From Candidatus Hydrogenedentota bacterium (GTDB lineage: Bacteria; Hydrogenedentota; Hydrogenedentia; Hydrogenedentales; GCA-2746185), in assembly GCA_046583315.1 (NCBI GenBank), contig JAYGCN010000288.1:1-64000 (forward strand): a DNA stretch of 64,000 bases. The letters are read 5' to 3'. The notes under the pieces are model-generated. The model was not told where the DNA came from, made no database searches, and saw nothing but the letters and a program-made list of their open reading frames with translations. Made by a program: the position numbers and the translations under genes. This document shows, piece after piece, positions 59,501-64,000 of this stretch. Each line of letters starts with the position of its first letter. Positions within the stretch are counted from its first letter, which is position 1.

Positions 59501-60595
59501 CTCCCAAAGGCGCACCCGATCTTCACGAACGGCTTTCGGCTCCAGGAAATCCTTTTCGAATTCAGGTGTCCAGGAGACGGTGGTGTAGGTCTTGTTGCCT
59601 TTCGAGGGTTTGGGTGCGAGTTTCGGTTTTTCATCGAAGTCCAGCGACACGATAACGGGCACATTTTCGCGCGCGAGGCGGTCTGCGACTTTCCAGGCTT
59701 CTTTGCCGCCGAGTATCGCAATGCGCTGATTGAATTCCAGCGCCAGATCGAGCGCGTGATGAATTTCATTGGGGGTGTCAACCGAGAAAATCCACATCTG
59801 ATCGCGATCAAGGAGCGGCTGCATGGCATCGAGTACCGGATCGATTGGAGGGCGTTCTAATAGATTCGGTTGCTGTACATAGAGATCGTTTCGTGCTCGA
59901 TACCATTCGGCATCCATATAGAGTTGACGCAACATCGCGACGCTGCCCATTTTGGAGCCCGGGTAGGCGCGTCCGTCGGAATAGCTGATGTCTTCGAAAT
60001 CGCCGAAGCCGAGGATTTGCGTGATGCGTGAGGCAAGGGTCGCGCTGCGCAAGGGGCTGCCACTCAATTGGATGACATCACCGGCACCGGTCATGATGTC
60101 GGGGTGAGGAGTCACTAGCGCAGTCGTAAAACCGGCGGCACGGTATGCGTCCATTGCGTCGTCGTCTTGTTTATAGAAATCCGATACGCCGAGATGCGGC
60201 CATACGCCGAGCCGGTTTGCCTGTTGCATGTGCGTGCGCGGTCCCTGGTTGACCGGATACTCGTCTTCTTTGACCAAATCGAGCTTGTCGTCGGATGGTT
60301 TTTTGTCTTTGATACCGAGATGTGTAGCCGCGTCAATGAATCCGGGGTAGGCATAGAGTCCGGAAGCGGAAATCACGCGGGCGTTGCGCGGCAGATCAGA
60401 TTGGTTGCCGATGGCCGTGATGCGTCCGTGATGAATGATGATCGTCGCATTTTCGATGGTCGAGTTTGGATCGGGTGAGGCGGTCACCCCTGTGATGGCG
60501 ATGGGTGTGTCAAAACTGTCTTGCGCCCAACATGGTCCAGCAAGCGCACAGAATACCCCAAACAAACTTAGAAATAGCGTGGTTATTCTCATCAT
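56525..60595 (-). CDS. Secreted triple-domain amidohydrolase-family protein
   Basis: Signal peptide; three PGxIDxxxH-type units (PGFIDAATH, PGIIDPHSH, PGLINAATQ), each ending in a G(T/S)(L/I)xxGKx(A/G)(N/D) motif. Confidence 0.88.
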   Translation of the reverse strand: MMRITTLFLSLFGVFCALAGPCWAQDSFDTPIAITGVTASPDPNSTIENATIIIHHGRITAIGNQSDLPRNARVISASGLYAYPGFIDAATHLGIKDKKPSDDKLDLVKEDEYPVNQGPRTHMQQANRLGVWPHLGVSDFYKQDDDAMDAYRAAGFTTALVTPHPDIMTGAGDVIQLSGSPLRSATLASRITQILGFGDFEDISYSDGRAYPGSKMGSVAMLRQLYMDAEWYRARNDLYVQQPNLLERPPIDPVLDAMQPLLDRDQMWIFSVDTPNEIHHALDLALEFNQRIAILGGKEAWKVADRLARENVPVIVSLDFDEKPKLAPKPSKGNKTYTTVSWTPEFEKDFLEPKAVREDRVRLWEEQVNNLHALQAAGVQVAITGRDQKKPDKLMEQIEKALELELSPKELLEALTRTPARILGLDDQIGTLTPGKLANITLLTAPLGEEDSQVRHVFIDGEQFTFQTNGDKEDDESDDEKADEEGEDEESEDTEAVDVHSWSAEFASDRKIELQTNRNILLQNATVVPVTGPIQYDTDILIRNGKIRAIGTDILPRAVRDGVTMIDLTGYWIMPGIIDPHSHIAVTGINEWTQSISSEVRQADVVDHTALSIYNALAGGVTTIHTMHGSANSMGGQNAVLKLKYMTSPRDMLVTSGPRIVKFALGENVTRGRPIPRFPNSRMGVESVFRHAFNEAIKYNAEWAAYEEGFSQGKILGIPRRDLRLDAISDILAGNIWVHSHCYRGDEMLRLLNVAQDYGFRIATLQHVLEGYRVAPEMYNHGVGGSTFADWWSYKKEAFDAIPYNAAMMMKEGIVTSLNSDSSDDIRHLNLEAGKTMRYGGLSAEDAIKLITINPAIQIGLDSRIGSIEVGKDGDLAVFTGHPLDTHSKNMMTIIEGDIFFVHPDLKLDGSTPGPASTFIPEPPRDLLPLPEPSSTYAIVGATIHPVTGDTVENGTLLIRDGKIVDVLASDSRPAGASIVDASGLHVYPGLINAATQMGLSEISGLSQTVDSRDLATYQPELRALSAINPHSEHIPVSLCEGITLSHSVPRGGIISGQGSAIQMVGWTTPELLRSNETGLVIDLPVLPNKENIDDEEKYKKRLEKHQESFEKTEAFMRDAKHYNDLRSSTPNMKINMRLEAMRPYVTGTKTVFFRAQSYKKILQSLKFAETYNLKAVILGGADAWKLADTLAEKNVPVIVTSIYTLPFSSFGGGDSYERFDAHYENPGKLHEAGVLVATASTGTEFARQLASNAGFAVAQGMTQQAALESITINAAKILGLEDSVGSLESGKIADVIITTGDPTQAGTRTVGMFIAGKPVTLDSLHERSHEKFTNRPKPDLKPTGDLRGPKPMRVE

Positions 60596-60688
60596 TCAGC
60601 CCTTCCATAAAATGAAATTGTTTGCAATAGCAAGGAAACCATAGTACAAGCTGAAGTGAAATGGTGCAAGTTCAGTGTGGGATGAGGT

Positions 60689-63616
60689 CTAGTCTCTGGA
60701 GCCGGGCGTGAGTTCCAATTCGATCGTTTCACCATCACGCAGGACTTTTACTGTGATCGTCTCGCCAATTTTCAGGGCTTCAATGGCGAAGGTGTAGTCG
60801 TAAATGTTTTCGATTTTCGCGCCTCCGAGTTCGGTAATGATGTCGCCCGTTTTCAGGCCCGCGTCTTCGGCGGGTGCGCCTTTGGTCACGCCGGAGAGTT
60901 TGAGGCCTTTGATGTCGGTCGCGTAATCGGGGATGGTGCCGAGATAGGCGTGCAGGTTCGCCCGGCGTTCTATATTTTCCGGTCGTTTGACGACCTGGTA
61001 GTCAGGAATATCGTCGTTCATGACGAGTGAGCGCGCGATAAGGCCCATCAGTTTCACAATCTGCGTGGTGCCTTCATAATTAATCTTGTCGGCCGTGTCG
61101 CGGGGGGAATGATAGTCTTCGTGTGCGCCGGTGAATGCGTTCAGCACGGGCACGCCGCGTTGGTAAAAGGGTGTCGTGTCGGTGGGCAGGTTCGCTTCCT
61201 CCACTGGTGTGATGGACAGGCCGATGGGCGCATTGCGACGTTCGATTTCACGGGTCCAAAGAGAGCTGGAGCCGATACCCTGAATGACGAGTTCCTGGTC
61301 CAGGCGACCGATCATGTCCATGTTTAGATACGAGGACACTTCGGGATAGAGGTCGTCACTCGCGTTCTTGCCTGGGTAGGTGCTCGTAAAGTGATTGGAG
61401 CCAAGCAGGTTGATTTCTTCGCCGGACCAAGCGGCAAAGATCACGTCGCGTTTGAGTTCGAGGCCATTGGCTTTTTGGTGGGTAAGAAATTGCGCGATTT
61501 CGAGTACCCCGCTTACGCCGGAAGCGTTGTCGTCGGCACCGTGGTGGATGGCATCGACTTCATCATCGTGGGCAAGGGAGGATTGATTGCGCCCCACGCC
61601 GAGATGGTCCAGGTGTGCGCCCACGACCATGATCTGATTGCCGGGGGAATCACCTGCATTGAGTCGCGCGACGACGTTGCGGCCTGTTGCTTTGGTTTGC
61701 AGAATGTCGATGGTGCCGCCAATGAGTATGTTTTCCAGTTCGAAACCCATTGAAATTTCGCCGGTATCCAGGAAAGTCTGCAATTCGGCAAGGTTTTTTC
61801 CGCCAGGTTCAAGCATGCGCTGGGCGAGTTCATCCGTGATCGAAATGGTGTAGAGGCTGATGCCTGCGATGGAGCCGTCCGTGCCCATTCGGACGAGATC
61901 GTTTTTGACTTTGGAATTTGGACCGGATACGACAATCATGCCTTTGGCACCCAGATCGCGCAGCTTCATCGCTTTGTAGCGCAGGCTAGAGTGGGTGTTG
62001 AAGTGTTGCCGTGTGGTTACATCGATTTCGTTGGGCATGTATCGCAACACCATGACCCATTTATCGGTCACGTCGAGGTGAACGAAAGAATCGTATTCGG
62101 GAATGTCTTCTTCGTCCTGGACACCTGTTTTTTCGGGAGCCTGAATTCCGTATCCCGCGAACACGACTTTGCTACGCTTGATGTCGCCGACATCGGAGAA
62201 CGCAATGGGGCGCCAGTCGATGTTGAGTTCTGACTTTTCAGCAGCCAAACCGTTTCGCACGTTGAGGGCACTGTTCGGGCCTGTGTTGAGTCCAGCCGTG
62301 AATTCGAATTCCTGGAAATAGGTCCCGTTGTCGCCGGCGGGTTCGAGGCCGAGCGCCTTGAAGGTGTCCGCGACGTAGGCCGTCGCTTTGAGCTCACCCG
62401 GCGTCCCGGTACCGCGGCCCTCAAGCTGATCGGAGGCAAGGAATTCGATGTGTCCTCGAATGTCGTCAACGGAGATGGCTGCCGTGGATAAATTCGGATC
62501 AGGCGCGTCGGTGTATTTGGCGTCGTCGGCGTTGTTGAGTCCGAGGGCTTCGCGCGCGGCCTTGTCATTCCAGGAGGCCATGAACAGTTGGGATTGCTTG
62601 GCTGTGGTGCGATTCGTGGTCCAGGCCAGTTTCGTGCCGTCCGGCGTGAACACCGGCAGGCCGTCGAATCCGTCGGTGAAGGTGACGCGGACGGGGTCTT
62701 TTTTGCCTTGGGCATCGACGATGAAGAGCTCGAAGTTAGCGAATCCGAGGCTGTTGTTGGTGAAGATGAGGTAGTCGCCGGAAGGGTGGTAGTACGGTGC
62801 CCACGACATCGCTTTGACGTGGGTGAGTCGTTTCTGATCGCTGCCGTCGATGTTCATGGTGTAGATTTCTGCTGTCGCGCCATTGGGTGCGAAACGTCGC
62901 CAGGTGATGCGCGTGCCGTCGGGACTGAAGAAGGGGCCGCCGTCGTAACCGGGAGAGTGGGTGAGTCGTTTGACGTTGGAGCCGTCCGCGTTCATGACGT
63001 AAATTTCCGTCATGTAGGCGGGGTCGAGGTCGAAGGCATCTGAATCTTCTTCGGACATGGGTTCTTCGTATGCGGGACGGTTGGACGCGAAGGCGATGAG
63101 TTTTCCGTCTGGAGAGTAGGAACCCTCCGCATTGTAACCGCGCGCGTTAGTGAGATTTTTGAAGTAGCTACCCTTGATATCGGACTCGTAGATCTCGTAG
63201 TGCTCGTCGTAGTCCCAGGAGTAGCGACGTTCCTGGCCCGACGCGCGAAAATCCAGCTCGTCTTGTTGAAGTTTTCTAGATTGCGGGTCGCCGTGGGTTG
63301 ACGCGAAGAGCACACGTTTGTTGTCGGGGTGAATCCATGCGCAGGAGGTCTTGCCGTGACCGGGGGAGACGCGATTGATGTCGCCCATCTCCAGGTCGAG
63401 CAGATAGATTTGGTACCAGGGATTATCGTCCATGCGCTCGCTCTGGAAGAGGAGTTTCGTTCCGTCGGCGTTAAAGTACCCCTCGCCCGCGCGTAGGCCT
63501 TCGAAGGTGAGTTGCCGGGTGTCGGAGAGGTAGGTGGGCTCATCCTGGGCATGCGCAAATGGCGTGGCAATGGTTAGAAACAGGGCTACAATGGAGCAGA
63601 TACGCGTGCGAATCAT
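60689..63616 (-). CDS. Secreted M28 peptidase with TolB/PD40 propeller, PA domain and C-terminal PDZ
   Basis: FSPDG repeats; LASDQLEGRG, GAHLDHLG, GADDNASG, SGEE, NMDMIGR, DYHSPRD; YLGTIPDY PDZ start. Confidence 0.93.
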   Translation of the reverse strand: MIRTRICSIVALFLTIATPFAHAQDEPTYLSDTRQLTFEGLRAGEGYFNADGTKLLFQSERMDDNPWYQIYLLDLEMGDINRVSPGHGKTSCAWIHPDNKRVLFASTHGDPQSRKLQQDELDFRASGQERRYSWDYDEHYEIYESDIKGSYFKNLTNARGYNAEGSYSPDGKLIAFASNRPAYEEPMSEEDSDAFDLDPAYMTEIYVMNADGSNVKRLTHSPGYDGGPFFSPDGTRITWRRFAPNGATAEIYTMNIDGSDQKRLTHVKAMSWAPYYHPSGDYLIFTNNSLGFANFELFIVDAQGKKDPVRVTFTDGFDGLPVFTPDGTKLAWTTNRTTAKQSQLFMASWNDKAAREALGLNNADDAKYTDAPDPNLSTAAISVDDIRGHIEFLASDQLEGRGTGTPGELKATAYVADTFKALGLEPAGDNGTYFQEFEFTAGLNTGPNSALNVRNGLAAEKSELNIDWRPIAFSDVGDIKRSKVVFAGYGIQAPEKTGVQDEEDIPEYDSFVHLDVTDKWVMVLRYMPNEIDVTTRQHFNTHSSLRYKAMKLRDLGAKGMIVVSGPNSKVKNDLVRMGTDGSIAGISLYTISITDELAQRMLEPGGKNLAELQTFLDTGEISMGFELENILIGGTIDILQTKATGRNVVARLNAGDSPGNQIMVVGAHLDHLGVGRNQSSLAHDDEVDAIHHGADDNASGVSGVLEIAQFLTHQKANGLELKRDVIFAAWSGEEINLLGSNHFTSTYPGKNASDDLYPEVSSYLNMDMIGRLDQELVIQGIGSSSLWTREIERRNAPIGLSITPVEEANLPTDTTPFYQRGVPVLNAFTGAHEDYHSPRDTADKINYEGTTQIVKLMGLIARSLVMNDDIPDYQVVKRPENIERRANLHAYLGTIPDYATDIKGLKLSGVTKGAPAEDAGLKTGDIITELGGAKIENIYDYTFAIEALKIGETITVKVLRDGETIELELTPGSRD

Positions 63617-63692
63617 GAGGCAATCCCGATAATTTTATTGTGGGCGAAAAGAGTTATGATACAGAACGAATCCGGTGATTTCGACCTTACGA

Positions 63693-64000
63693 TCAGGCCA
63701 TTTTAGCGGCGGCGGCTTCCTGGAGCCCGTATTCTTCGATACCCATGTCGCGCAGCTTGAATTTCTGGATTTTTCCGGTGACGGTCAGGGGGAATTCCTG
63801 GAGTAGCGTGACGTAGTGCGGAATTTTGTAATGGGCGATTTTTTCTTTACAGAAGGCCTTGATGTCGTCGGAGGTTAGGGTCGAGCCGGGCGTTGGGATG
63901 ATCCACGCGCAGACTTGCTCGCCGAATTTCATGTCGGGCAGGCCAGCAACCTGCACCTCGAGAATGTCCGGATGACTCAACAGAAAGTTTTCGATTTCGG
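63693..64000 (-). CDS. AMP-binding acyl-CoA synthetase, C-terminal part (partial)
   Basis: EIENFLLSHPDI...GLPDMKFGE...YKIP...PLTVTGKIQKF; frame is open to the window end. Confidence 0.88.
   Translation of the reverse strand, partial: EIENFLLSHPDILEVQVAGLPDMKFGEQVCAWIIPTPGSTLTSDDIKAFCKEKIAHYKIPHYVTLLQEFPLTVTGKIQKFKLRDMGIEEYGLQEAAAAKMA

Overview
Bacterial chromosomal window (roughly 55% GC by eye, standard genetic code) with no rRNA, tRNA, CRISPR array or transposase seen. Gene content (several Ser/Thr kinases, Tat-exported Gfo/Idh/MocA oxidoreductases, a TolB-M28-PDZ peptidase) suggests a PVC, Acidobacteriota or Hydrogenedentota-like environmental lineage; this is inference only. From left to right: the end of a probable glpF plus glpK; a beta-lactamase-family gene broken by one TAA; a large MscS channel; three tandem Ser/Thr kinases; a SprT/M48-like peptidase; an SDR epimerase-DegT aminotransferase fusion; small enzymes; leuS; a TAA-interrupted P-loop kinase; a PA0069-family radical SAM gene; two paralogous Tat oxidoreductases; a ~21 kb pfaD-pfaA-pfaBC-oleABCD-ppa operon (PUFA synthase coupled to olefin synthesis); an HgcC/AbrB-like gene plus arsM; a cNMP-binding protein; gltA; nhaA; an acyl-CoA ligase; recQ; a triple amidohydrolase; an M28 peptidase; and a partial acyl-CoA synthetase. 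The strongest non-obvious signals are non-coding: (1) tandem NrdR-like boxes 32 bp apart over the promoter of two receptor kinases; (2) a hairpin-plus-mirror repeat family with three-way covariation, suggesting intrastrand triplexes; (3) a 14-1-14 operator in the promoter of the AbrB-like/arsM operon; (4) a candidate nhaA-I (Li+) riboswitch with a terminator; (5) an SOS-box-like palindrome before the radical SAM gene. All family assignments come from motif recognition, not database searches.
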